From NCBI GenBank assembly GCA_028534125.1, contig CM052816.1, positions 8,496,001 to 8,560,000 of the forward strand: DNA of 64,000 nucleotides. Reading direction: 5' to 3'. This DNA is from Lama glama. Its lineage: Eukaryota. Every line of letters begins with the position of its first letter. Within the stretch, counting starts at the first letter, position 1. This document shows, in pieces, positions 44,279-56,200 of the stretch. Position numbers and translations under genes: made by a program. A model generated the notes under the pieces. The model ran no database searches, was not told the DNA's origin, and was given only the letters and a program-made list of their open reading frames with translations.

Positions 44279-47200
44279 CTCTGGCTGCAGCCTGGCCGAC
44301 CGGCCGACGTGCCCTTTTACTTCCAGCCGCAGCGGGCGCAAGCTGGGTCTGGGCCCCGAGCTCTTGGGAGAAGCCGAGACCCTCACCTCCTCCACAGGGG
44401 ACGGGTGGCCTGGGGAGGCCTGGCTGTCTTTGGGCCTGGGCCGTGGCCGAGGGGTGAGGGAGGCATAGACAGGTGTGGCCAGGCGGTAGGGTTTGCTGAC
44501 ATCACAGAGGACATCCTGAGCCAGAAGTTCCCTCAGGATAGAGAACTCAGCCCAGGTGGCTTTGGAAGGGTACTGGGGCCGAGGCCGGGGTCTGACCTGC
44601 TTGGAGGGGCTGCTGCAGGGCTGGGGGGCTGGCTCTGGGGCCTGTGTGGGCAGCTTCCTCTGGGGGAGGCAGTAGGTGTGCATGTAGCGAATGAGCTGCA
44701 CCATGGCCTGCATGTCCTCCTGGGAAACCTGGGTGCCGAGGCCTGCCTTGCCTAGTGCTGCGGAGTCCCTGGGAGAGGCTGGAGCCAGCTGGGGGCTCAA
44801 GCAGTCTTCGCCCACCTCCTCATCCTCTTTGGCAGGAAGCCGAGGACTCAGGGGTAGTGATGGCCGCAGACCTCGATCTGGGGAGCGGGCTTTAGCCCGG
44901 AGACAGGATGGCACCGAGGTGAGGTGCTTATGCAGTTCTGAGCAGCTCCGGCTCTGAGACTGTGGCGTGGGGGTCTTCTTGTCTTGGGTGCTGTCCATCT
45001 GGAGAGGGAAAGAGGCAAGAGTGAGGAGGGAGGCCCACAAAACTTCTCCCCACAGCCCACCCCTGCAGCCACCAGCCAGACCCAGGGTGTCTCACCTGGA
45101 TCACCGGGATTGCCAGGTTTCATCCACTTTATCCCCAGCTTCCAGCACAGAGCCTGGCACCTGGCAGTGCTCAGGCGATGAGGAATGAAGGAATAGCCAG
45201 CCTCCTACTAGGCCTCCCAGTGGATTTCACCCTTTCCAGACTTACTGCCAAAGCCCTGCGCTGACTATTCGGCTCCTCTGCACATAGCCTTCAGTGAGAG
45301 CGCCAGGAAGTACATTAGTGGTTGCCTGGGGCTGGGCGTGGGAACAAGGATTAGCTGTAAACAGGGACACTGGGGATCTTCCTGGGATGATGGAAATGTT
45401 CTAAAACTGGATTGTGGTCATGGCTGCACGACTCTGTAAATTTACTAAAAATTACTGAATCATTTCTAAAGTAGGTGCCTTTTATGATATGTAAGTGGCA
45501 CCTCCATAAAGCTGTTAAAAAGGAAAAAGAAAAAGAAAAAAGGAAAACTCAGTAGCTTCCCAGTGCCCACAGGATGAAGGGGAGGCCTCTTGGCCAGGTA
45601 TTTGGGGTGCAGTGCAATCTGGCCCCAGCCAACGCTCTCTGCAGCCTTATCTGTCTCCACTTGTCCACACAGAGGCTTTGCTCCCAGTGCAAATGTCTCT
45701 TTGCTGGAGCCAGACTGGCTGTCAGGTGTGTCTCGTTCCCCTGGTGTGTGTCCTAGGCTTCCAGAGGGCAGGATGGCTCACAAAGGCGCTTAGCTGCTGT
45801 CCCCTTGACAAAACAGAACAGGAGGGGTGGACCTCTGCCTTGGGAAGCCAGTGAGGACAGGCAGGGAGGGGGCACAGGGAGAGAGTCCCCACCCAGGGGA
45901 GCCCAGGTAGAGGACAGGCTCCCACACTGAGCCACTGTCTGAGAAAGATGCCATCTTGATTCTGCCCCGAGGATGTGGGATTGTCCGCCGCAGTCCCCGC
46001 GGGAGGGTCTGGGGACAAGAGGGAGGGGTGAGTGCAGGCTCTGGGTGATAGGAACACCAGGATAACATCTCCGAAGCCTCTCCTTGGAAGTGTCTGAAGA
46101 TGGAGCCCGAGGAGGAAAGGGGACCTGCTTTCCTACTGAGTATTCACAACAGAGTTTTCAGCTCTCTGACGGCTTCTCACAAGAGAAATCCAAACTCTTT
46201 ACTGTGGTCTCCACAGTACCAGCGAGGATCTTATGTTTTGGTCTGTCAATCCATTAGAATAAGCCTCCTGAGGGCAGGCCACATCGTCCTTGTCCCTGCT
46301 CTAACCCAGCGTCTGACACAGTGCCTGGAACACGGAGGTACAGTTCATTCTTGAACAACGTGGGGGGTTAGTGGGGACAGACAGGCCGCACAGTGGAAAA
46401 TTCGCGCATAACTTAGCCAGCTCTCAGCATCCGAGGTTCCTCTGTATCTGTGGATTCAGCCCATCAACTAGCATTTACTACTGAAACAAAACCCACATAT
46501 AAGTGGACCTGTGCAATTCAAACCCATGGTGTTCAAGGGTCAGCTGTGCAGGAAGAAGTTCAGGACTCTTTCTAGAACCTCAGACTGGCCTGGGTCTCAA
46601 GCAGCGCCCAGAACATCAGTTTCAAGGGTTGTGTGAGGAACAAGAAGGGAAAGTGGAAGTAAATGACCTTGATACCCTCGAACGAGAACGGAAGGGTGCA
46701 CGCACAGCGCCCCCCGGAGGCCGGGTGGGCTTGGGGGCATAGGCAGAAATACCTTGACACAAGGCCGCTGACTTTTGGACCTGAGGCTTGCCTGGCGCCA
46801 GATGGTCCCTTCCTTCTGGGTGTCGGAGGCTGAGGTTGGGTACGACGTGGCGAGGAGGAGTTTCTGCAGCTGTGGGAGGAGCAGAGAGAGGAGCTGGGGC
46901 TGAGACGCAGCCAGAGACCCGAGGAAGCACATCTCGGGGAGAAGCCCGGCCCAGAGCTAGCCCCTCAGGACTGACCATGCCCTGACTCTCATCATCACTG
47001 TGGAAGAATACTGGGGGGGGAACAGTTAGTAACCTAGAACATGTTCCCAACATATTAAGTACAGAAAGCAAGTTGTCTAACAATTCCAAACACACACAGG
47101 GATCCTAATAAAATATAAATCCTTTTCAGAGATAATAACCCAAGAGGAATGAATATCTGTGATTTTGAGAAACCCAAAGAGATCTTGGGTGATGCCTGCC

Positions 47201-50200
47201 CATTCTGTTGAAATATGATGCGTACACTTGATTCAGACACTTTGTATATACTTGTAATACACACACACATGCACATACACCACGCATGCACACACAATCT
47301 GGACAGTTAGGCCCCACAATGATTCTTTAGTGTAGGATTTCAGCTGATTTCTTTTTGCTTATTCACATTGTTTTGAGAATTAATTTCTTACATTAAATAA
47401 GTAATACTTACAAATGGTTATATATATATATATATATATATACCTCCCAAATACTAATGGGTGGACAATTAGAAGCAAGTCTCCCTCCTGTCCAAGGTCC
47501 CAGAGGCAACACCTGTTAACTGCTTTCTCGTGGCCCTATCATGACATGGAATTCGATCATGGAAGAATATATATGTACACATCACCTCCAACTCAGACAG
47601 CTGTTTTTACACAAGCATAAGCACACTACACTTGAGCAGGTCTAGATTTTCTATTTTTTCTGTAAAAGTTGCTGAGTCTCTTACACTTCTGCACCTGGAG
47701 GGCAGGTGCTCAGCGTATCCCAGCTGAGAGAGCAGGGCGCTGAGTGCGCCTGGGAGTTTCACCAGGGACCCTACCACAGCCAAGGCTGAGAACAAGTCAG
47801 GAAGCGTGATGGACTTTTGCTATAGCACTGAGTGTTTCCTCGGGGGACACTCTCCCCAGGTCACCCAGCGAGGATTGCCAAAGACCCAGGAACCAGAGAG
47901 AAGGCCACTCCCTACTCCCCTAGGAGCTGGAGGACCCACACCACCCTACCTAGACCCTAGACCAACACATGCATGCCTGTGATTCTTTGATGTGGACTGG
48001 AAAAGAAAAACCTGGACTAGAGAAAAGGGACCTGGTTCTGATCCAGCTCTGCCTCAACTCACTGGGAGACTGTGGGTGAGTCCTTACTCTCTCCCGGCCT
48101 TGGTTTCTCCAAGGTGGTATATATGTATGTGTGTGTGTACAAAACAGGGGCAGGCCAACTAAATGAGTGGATAAACTTTTTTTGGGGGGGGGGACTCAGG
48201 GGTCCTTCTAGGAATATAACAGAAATTGCTGACCTCAGAAAAAACACAGATATTTATGGAGAGGTCCATGGGTCCCCGTCAGTCCAGAGGTGGACTCTCT
48301 GGGACCCATGATTCCAGGTTAAGCATCAGGTGTCTGTATAAATTCTCAGGGCCTTTCCAGGACTCTGTTGGGATGCTGGGAGTCTAGATGGTGAGTCTGT
48401 TTCCTATGTGCCTAGCACAGTGCCTGAAACAGAAGTGCAGTCTAAGGCGTGAGGGAACAATCAGTGACCAGCAGGGGTCGCTCTCTGCCTCTTCACGGCG
48501 TGGCTTTCCAAAGCCCCACGCAGAATTCCTCTGGTTACAAACTACGACTACTACGGACTGTTAAGTAGATAGCATTTATTGAGCCACTTCTTTGTGCCAA
48601 GCACAGTTCTAAGTGCTTTTCATGTATTATCTGTTGTACTCCTCCCAACCGCCTTTGAGATAAGCACTATTATTAACCCCACCTTGTAGACCAGGAAGCT
48701 GAGTCAGAGAGAGGCTAGGTGCCTAAGGGCCACACAAGCATTCATTGGTGGGGCTGGCATTCAAACTCAGGCGGTCAGATTCTAGTCTGAAAGGAAGCAC
48801 GACCCTCATCAGCAGGAGCCACGATGTGGAACTGAACATACCCTTGTGTCCAGCACACACAGGTCCTTACTAAATGTTTTACCCTGCTTTGGGGAACCTA
48901 AAGGCAGTGGGAAAGAGGGAAAGGGGTCCTGGACCAGGAGTTAGAATACCTGGGTTCTAGTCTTCACTGACTTGCTGTGTGACCTTGGGAGAGGCCCTCC
49001 CCACTCTAGGCCTCAATTTCCCCAGAATGCACTTGATGGTCACCAGCTCCAACAGGCTGATTTTCTGGCTGAGTCTTGCCAGCCCCTAGGAGCTGCAGCA
49101 CCGAGGTGAGGAGCCCCAGACAGGTGAGCAAAGCTGGATTTCACAAGCCAGGATATCTGGGCTCCTGGCACTCTTAGCCTGAGTCAAGGGCAACAGCTTT
49201 CAGCAACTTCTGAGGTCCAGATCCCTTTGGGTACGTGAGAAAAGCTGAGACCTTCTCCCCAGAAATCTGCAATTCCGTGTACACATTTCCACATTCCACA
49301 TACACTCTGCATTTAACTTTTGCTGGTGGAAGTACGAACTGGTCCAACCTCTTTAGAGGACAAGCTAGAAGTATTTGTCTAAACTGAAAAACCACATATC
49401 CTAAGACCCAGGAACCCCTTTTCTAGGACTTCATCCATTTACACATGGCAAAGGCCTGTGCCAGACACAGACTACAGCACGGAACAATAAAGGAGTTGAA
49501 ACATGTAAACATTCACCGACCAGGGGACTGGTTAAAGAAGTAACGGTATATCCTTATGAAGGAACATTATGCAGCCAACAAAGAAGATAAAACAGAGCCA
49601 CCTCTGCTCATCTGGAAGTTTCCGAGACACATAGTTCACTGAGAAAAGCAAGGTGCAGAACAGTGTATAATGGAGACTCCCTTTTGTAGTAAAAAAAAAG
49701 GTAGAAGAGGAAAATCACATAACAGATCAGTAACCATGGTTACTTCTAGGGACGGAAAAAGCAAGTGTGAGGTGGGTAAAGAGGTTTGCCTTTAACTCTC
49801 CATATTTCCTGCTTGAATTTGTACTGTGTGTTGCATGTATAACCTTTAGGAAGATGTCTACATGCAATTCCAAGGGTTTAAAACACACTTAGGGTCAATC
49901 CAAGAAATCCCAAAGGGCCTACAGAGTGCAGGTAAAGCCCAGGGAGGCCTCCCGCGGCCAGTCCAGGCTGTCTGCCGTGAACCCTTGCTGGTGACGTCCG
50001 GAGGCCCCTGCAGGGGCTTGAGCTAGATTCTCTGCACCCACCATCCCTACCACCAGACACCGCGTCCTAGGCTGCCACCATCACTTCAGCTGGAAACAGG
50101 TTCTTACCAGCGAGAGCTCGTCCACCTCAGGGGCTGGGGCGAGGGGCCTCTCCAGGGAGGGGCTGGGGGGCGCAGGTGAAGGGGTAGGAGAAGCAGAAGT

Positions 50201-53200
50201 GCAGGAAGGTGCGTCTCCATCATCCAGGCCTGGGAAGGCGGCCAGACCCACGTCATCTTCGGGGATGTCATCCAGGGTCTTCGTGAGCGCTGCCAGGAGG
50301 GCCTCATTCTCACTGTCGATTATCTTGAAGTGAGCAGAGAGGGAGAGAGGGGACACAGTTAGTCAACGCCTTGGGCTCAGTGTCTTTGTGTAGAAATCTG
50401 CTCTGTACCTGCAGCTGCACCGCCATCACCCTCCCGCCAACCCCCTCAGATCCTCTCAGTTTGCTGGGAGAGCAGATGCACAAGAAATGTGTTACGGACT
50501 CCAAGAATCACAGAAGTTTCCATGCAGGCAGCAGGCAGTATCAGAAAGGGCCTGGCCCTAGGGGTCCTAGCCTGGGCTCTGCTCCTAGGGCTGTGCACAT
50601 GAGGGATGTCTGTCCCCTCCTCCAAGGACAGTCGCCTCACACCACAGCCTCCTGCATCCAACCCCTGGACACAGCCCTGAGGCTGGACTATGCCACTGGT
50701 AGCCCCAGGCCATTGCAGACCCCTGCCTCTCTGACCCTGGCCCGGCCAGGTGGTGGAAAGACTGGAAGCTTCAAGGTGCAACCGTGACAGTGACAACCAG
50801 AGCAATAGGAAAACAGCTACCCTTCCTCTGCGGGTTCTCAGGGCTGCCTCACTCACTCACGGGGAGGTGGTTAGTGTGATAGCCTAGGAGCTCGGGCCCT
50901 GAAGCTGGGGCTGAGTCCCAGATCTCACACTTACCAGCTGTTACAAGATAACCTACTTCATAAGGTTACTGCTGAGGACTCAATGAGTTAACATATGAAA
51001 GATGCTTAGAAAACAGTGCCCAGCACATAATAAGCAGTTATTGCTCCTTCTTCTCCAATTCCTGTTATGCTGATGATGATATGATGAAGATGATGGTGGT
51101 GGTGGGCAATTTCTCCCTCTTCTTCCCTCACACACACGTACTGAATGGCCACTCTGTGCCTGGCGCTGTCTCGGCACTGGTGACACAGCGTGCCGAGACT
51201 GGTAGCCCCAGCCCTCACGGAGCTTACTCTCCAGTGGAGAAGAGTTAAACAAGGAGACAAACCAGACTGTTTCAGAGAGTGAGAAAGCCTGAGAGAAAAA
51301 GAAAAGGAAGCTGTGCTGGAGCATAAGAACATGGTGAAGATTCATAGGCTACTTACAGTGGCCTGAGAAGGCTGCTCTGAGCAGCTAATACTGAAATACA
51401 GGCTTGAAAGATGAGATGGTACCAGCCAGGCAAAGAGCTGAGGAAAGAAGATTCCAGGCAGAGGGAAAACCTAACGCCAAGGCCAGGGACAAAGAATCTG
51501 GCCAATGAGAGGAACAGAAAGGCTTTGTAAATACTGCCTCAGGTAAGCCCCACAATAACCTCTATGGGGAGGGGTACTAGTTTAATCTCCATTTTGCATT
51601 TGAGGAAACTGAGGCTCAGGGAGGTTGACTAACATGTCCAGCGTCACACAGCAAATCAGGGGCAGAGGTGAGACTTACACGGAGCACAGCACAGGGATGA
51701 GCAGAGGTACCTCCTTCCCTAATGTCCCAGATCTAGAACACGAGGGTCAGTGTGCACCCTCCCAGCCCACCCACAGACACCAGCCCACCGGCCCTGGGCC
51801 ACGGAGATCACACTGCTTCTAGGTGAGGCGCCGAGCGCCTCATTTAGTAAATCCTGGCTGCTGGGCTTGTTCTGGCAGGAGTTAGCTGTCACGTGATGCC
51901 TTCCCCAGCACTCTTTCCCATAGCAAGTCAGGCTGTTTATCCTTTCTTCAGGAAGCTCATCTGAAACACGCATCTCGTGACGGCCTTTGGGCCGCACTAA
52001 ATCTGTTCCAGGCCTTGCAGCCGGAGTAGCAGCTGAGTAATTCAAAGGGGGGGAGCACATGGGGAGAAGAGAACAAAAGCATTTGCAATTTTTGGAACAG
52101 AGTTAAGAATAAAAGAAAGGTCAAAAGAAGGTTTTGGTTGGGCCTGACCCATGCCCTGAGGCTGGGGATCCAAGGGCTGATCCAGGCTCAGGGACTGTGG
52201 CTCGGGAAAGCAATGGGGCTCACCTGATGGCTCCCCACCCCCATCCTCAGGCCAGACACCCAACCCTGTGATCCCAACGCAATTTGTCCAGCCTGATGGG
52301 GAGTTAAGATCTTGGGACCTGAGACCCAAGGACCACTCTTGGGGCTGACCATGTGGGGCTTTGCCACTGAAAGGGGGATCTTGGGCAAGTAGTTTCTGTC
52401 TTCCCTCCAAGCCTTGCTGCTTTACAGTGAACAGGAAGGCGTGTGATCCCTGGTTGGTTTCCCTCCAAGGGTTACTAGGACAGCCGGTCTGGAGGCAGTG
52501 TCACAAGGGCTCTGTGAAATGTTCCTGTGCCTAGCTCAGTGCCCACGGCATGGGAGGCCCAAGGCAGATGTGTTGAATGGAAGAATGAATGAACCAAAAA
52601 ATGAACTCTGATCACGGGGAGAGGCGGAGATGAGTGTCTCAAAGAACAGATTCCAGAGGGCAGTTATTCAGAAATGAAGTCATCAGCACTGGTTGGAATG
52701 AGGGAGGGTTCCCTTCCTTCACAGGGAGAGGAGTGTGGCCCAGAGATACTCTGAATTATCGCAAATACCAGAGCTGGACGGGCCCCCAGGGATCACATAG
52801 TGACCAGGGATGTTAAATTCGCTGCCTGCGTGCTGCTGCTCCCCCGTGTCGATAACCAGTTGGGCCTCTCCTTCCTTCCACGCCAGCATCTTTCATGACA
52901 CAGCCCTCCAGGCAGCACCACAGATCCCCCTCGGCTGGAGCTCAGGAGGAAGCCTATCTGCCATTCTTTTGCGGGTAGGGGAATGAAGGTCTAGGAAGAG
53001 ACTTGTCAAAGTCACACAGCAGGTCGGGAGTGGGTGGGGAGGGTGGTCAAGACCTTACCAGGTGCCAGGCGCAGTGCTGAAATGAATACAAGTTGGCAGA
53101 GAACCCCAAGGAGCCCCCAACAGGTTAAGTAAAAACAAAATGACTAGCAGAAGGCCTCCCGGCTCTTCCCCTCAGCCCTCTCTGGGCTGCTCTGGCTCTG

Positions 53201-56200
53201 GAACAGCCAGGCGAGGTTGGAGGCCCTGACCCTAGCTGGGAAGAAAGGCCCTTCCTGTCCTCAGCATCGTCCCATCGGCACCCTAGGATAATCCAGCACA
53301 GGGGCCCCACCACCCCTCTCCTCTTCCCAGGCCCATTAGCCCGGTTCTCCCAGCTCTGCTTGGAAATGGGAGTGCAAATTAATGGAGAGTTAATCAGCCG
53401 AGGAAGAGATATTAATAGACTCAGCCCCACCCCCAACCTTTCTTCTCAGGCTGGAGGCAAAGGAGCCTTCAAGAAATCAGAGGGAGAATGCTTCATTCTG
53501 AGCGCCTTCATTCTGAGCGAATTCTGTAAGACACAGATGTCACACTAGCAGGGCCAGAAGAACACTCAGAAATCCTCCGTCATTTGGAGGTTTAACTGGG
53601 GTTCAGGAAACCCAGGAAATCAGGCTCCCTTCCCCTTTTTGGGCTGGGGAAGGGGAATGTCAAAGATGCCGTCAGAGTCTGCAAGAGCCCAGTGACTCTC
53701 TCCCCACAACAGATTAAGAACCACTGATCTAATCCATGCTCATTGCTCACGTGGGGAAACTGAGGCCCAGCCACAGGGAGCTACTTGCCCAAGGCCATAC
53801 AGCACATGGTGACAGAATAACCAAACGTCTGCTTCCTCCAAAGATACTAAATTTAGCCTATTGTGGCCCTGGCCCTGGGACTCTGGGCACACAGAGGAAC
53901 GGGAGGCACTGTCCCTGCCCCTGAGCAGTTGTCAAACCTTGTAATGGTAGCTGTTCTCCACTCTCCCTGTTTCCATGGCAATGGTGCCACCTGACTGTTG
54001 GAACATGGCTCAGACACAAGGCAGCATGGCTCTATGACTTGCCACTGGTCAGATGACAGCTCTGTTCCAGCTAGTGGCGGGGGGTGGGGGTGGGATTAGA
54101 ACCTCTGATTCCTGAATCCCAGCTCAAGGATTTTGGAATGGGTCATGCCTGATCCTCGGCTGGAAAGAAAAATTATAATCAGTTTCTCCATTTCACACAT
54201 ATGATTGAGTCTCTACAATGTGCAAAGGCCCCACAAGAGAACAAAATGCTGTCTGTCCCCAAGGAACTTAAAGTCTGAAGGTCACATGCACATGCACACA
54301 CGGGCTGGGAGCCCAGGAGAGGAAGTGACTGACCACCTGCCTTAGAGGAGCTAACAAGAGCTGAGTGTCAAAAGATGTATTCATCTGATGAACATTTGTC
54401 AAGTCCCAAGAAAGTGCCAGGCTCCTGCAGAGCCCTGGGAATAAAACAATGTACAACACTGTAGTGGCCCCCACGCCCAGGGGGTTTATGATGGAGGGCT
54501 GAGGGTGGGGGAGGAGGAATCAGGCACTAATCACATCATCACACACACAGAGGTGTGTAGTGGGTGGAGCTGGCCTCGTCTTGGAAGAGCAGGTGTGAAG
54601 TGCAGGCCATGAAGGGGAGAGGGGCTGGGTGAGCAGGGTTGTGCCGCTGTCCTAACCACCTGTGAAGATTCTTCTGCCTTCCTGGTGCTAAGAGCCCAAG
54701 GGCCACACCAGGCTGATGTGTGTCTGAGTCCACTTCATGCATACAGTAGGATTTTGGCAGAAGCTTGCGAGTGCCTGGCCTGTCTGCGTGAAGGGGGCCG
54801 GTACAGTTTAGGTGGGGATGGTCTCCACGCAGCATCTAAACCCCTCTCGCTCATCAGCTCTCCATAACCTGAAAACATTTTCTGGAAGTTGCCCCCTCTG
54901 AGGGGACACAGTAGCTTAGTGTAGTTAATTAACTCCACTGCTGAGATCAAGAATGGAGGTCCTGAAAGGAGCCAGAACTCGAGCCCAGCCCTGTTGATCC
55001 TCACAGGGTTGACAGAGAGGCTATATGACAGACAGCGAGGGGCTTGGGTTCCTTGGTTAGAGTCTTCACTCTGACCTTTCCTAACTGTGTGGCCTTGGGC
55101 AAGTTACTTAACCTCTCTGAGCATCATTTTTGTCACCTGTAAAATGGGTTATTAATAGCCTTTTATTTATAGGTTAGAATAATCTTGGGAAAAATCCAGC
55201 TCCTTAACCCAAAAATCCAACTAATGGCCCAGAAGACCCTGCAGGGTCGGGCCCCTGCCTAGCTGCCCCACCCCCACCCCCAAGCATTTCCTGCCATTTT
55301 CCCCTTAGCCACTACCCTCCAGCCCTGCGGTTCCCCAACATAGCCCTTCCCCAACACAGCCCGTGTGGCTATGCAATCTGCACGTGGCTCCTCCTTCTCG
55401 TCCTCCCCTGAAGCGTCTCCTCTTCAGAAAGGCCTTTCCTGCCCACCCAGTCTTTAGATCCTCTTCTCACTTCAGATTTGTTCTTACTGTGCCCATGTCA
55501 CAGGTTACCACTGTTTCTGTGTTAACTGATCCAGGGTCAGTCTCCCCTCTGGACCACAGAGTCCACTGATGATCACGGTGTCTGACCCAGAGAGGGCACT
55601 CCATAAACATTTCTAGAAGGAACGACACAGTCCACCAGGAGGACTATTTGTGCTGCTCACAGCACACTGACACAGCATTTGCCACATGGCATTTTGTTGT
55701 TGCTATTATTATGATTATATTGCCAGACAGGCACAGGGAACTGTGGCTTCTTCCCCTAATCTTTACAGGGAAACATATTTTAAGGAAAGAATAATAAGTC
55801 CAAATGTACCCATTACCCAGCTTCAACACGGCCAATCTTACTTCATCTATGGCTCTCCACGCCGCACAGCCACACATGCAAGTGCATGCAGAGATTGCTT
55901 CACTCTGCAGCAAATTGCAGACATCATATTACCCCATATTAGAGGCCTTCTTCAAGGAAATGTCAACCATCATGTGTCTCCGAGGCTGGGAATGGGGGCA
56001 CACCGGGCGAGAGGCATAGATGTGCACTGCCTCTTTTTAAAGAACCTCCAAGCTCCTACTAAAAAATGGAGGTAACTATACTTATGTCTGTGAGTTGTTA
56101 AGAAAATTAAGTGAGTTACAAACAGGGACAGTCCTGCCACAGAGCGGGTGCTCAGCAAATGAGTCACTCCCAACATGGTGTCAGCTATAAAGCTCTGGCT

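Noticed and set aside
43782..44755. Long plus-strand ORFs including a poly-Ser run
   Set aside because: Antisense shadows of PPARGC1B exon 5 and its poly-Glu repeat.
55331..55362. 16-bp tandem duplication (and the 27-bp one at 7802) as array-like repeats
   Set aside because: Two adjacent copies without spacers are ordinary slippage duplications; no CRISPR-like or higher-order array is present.
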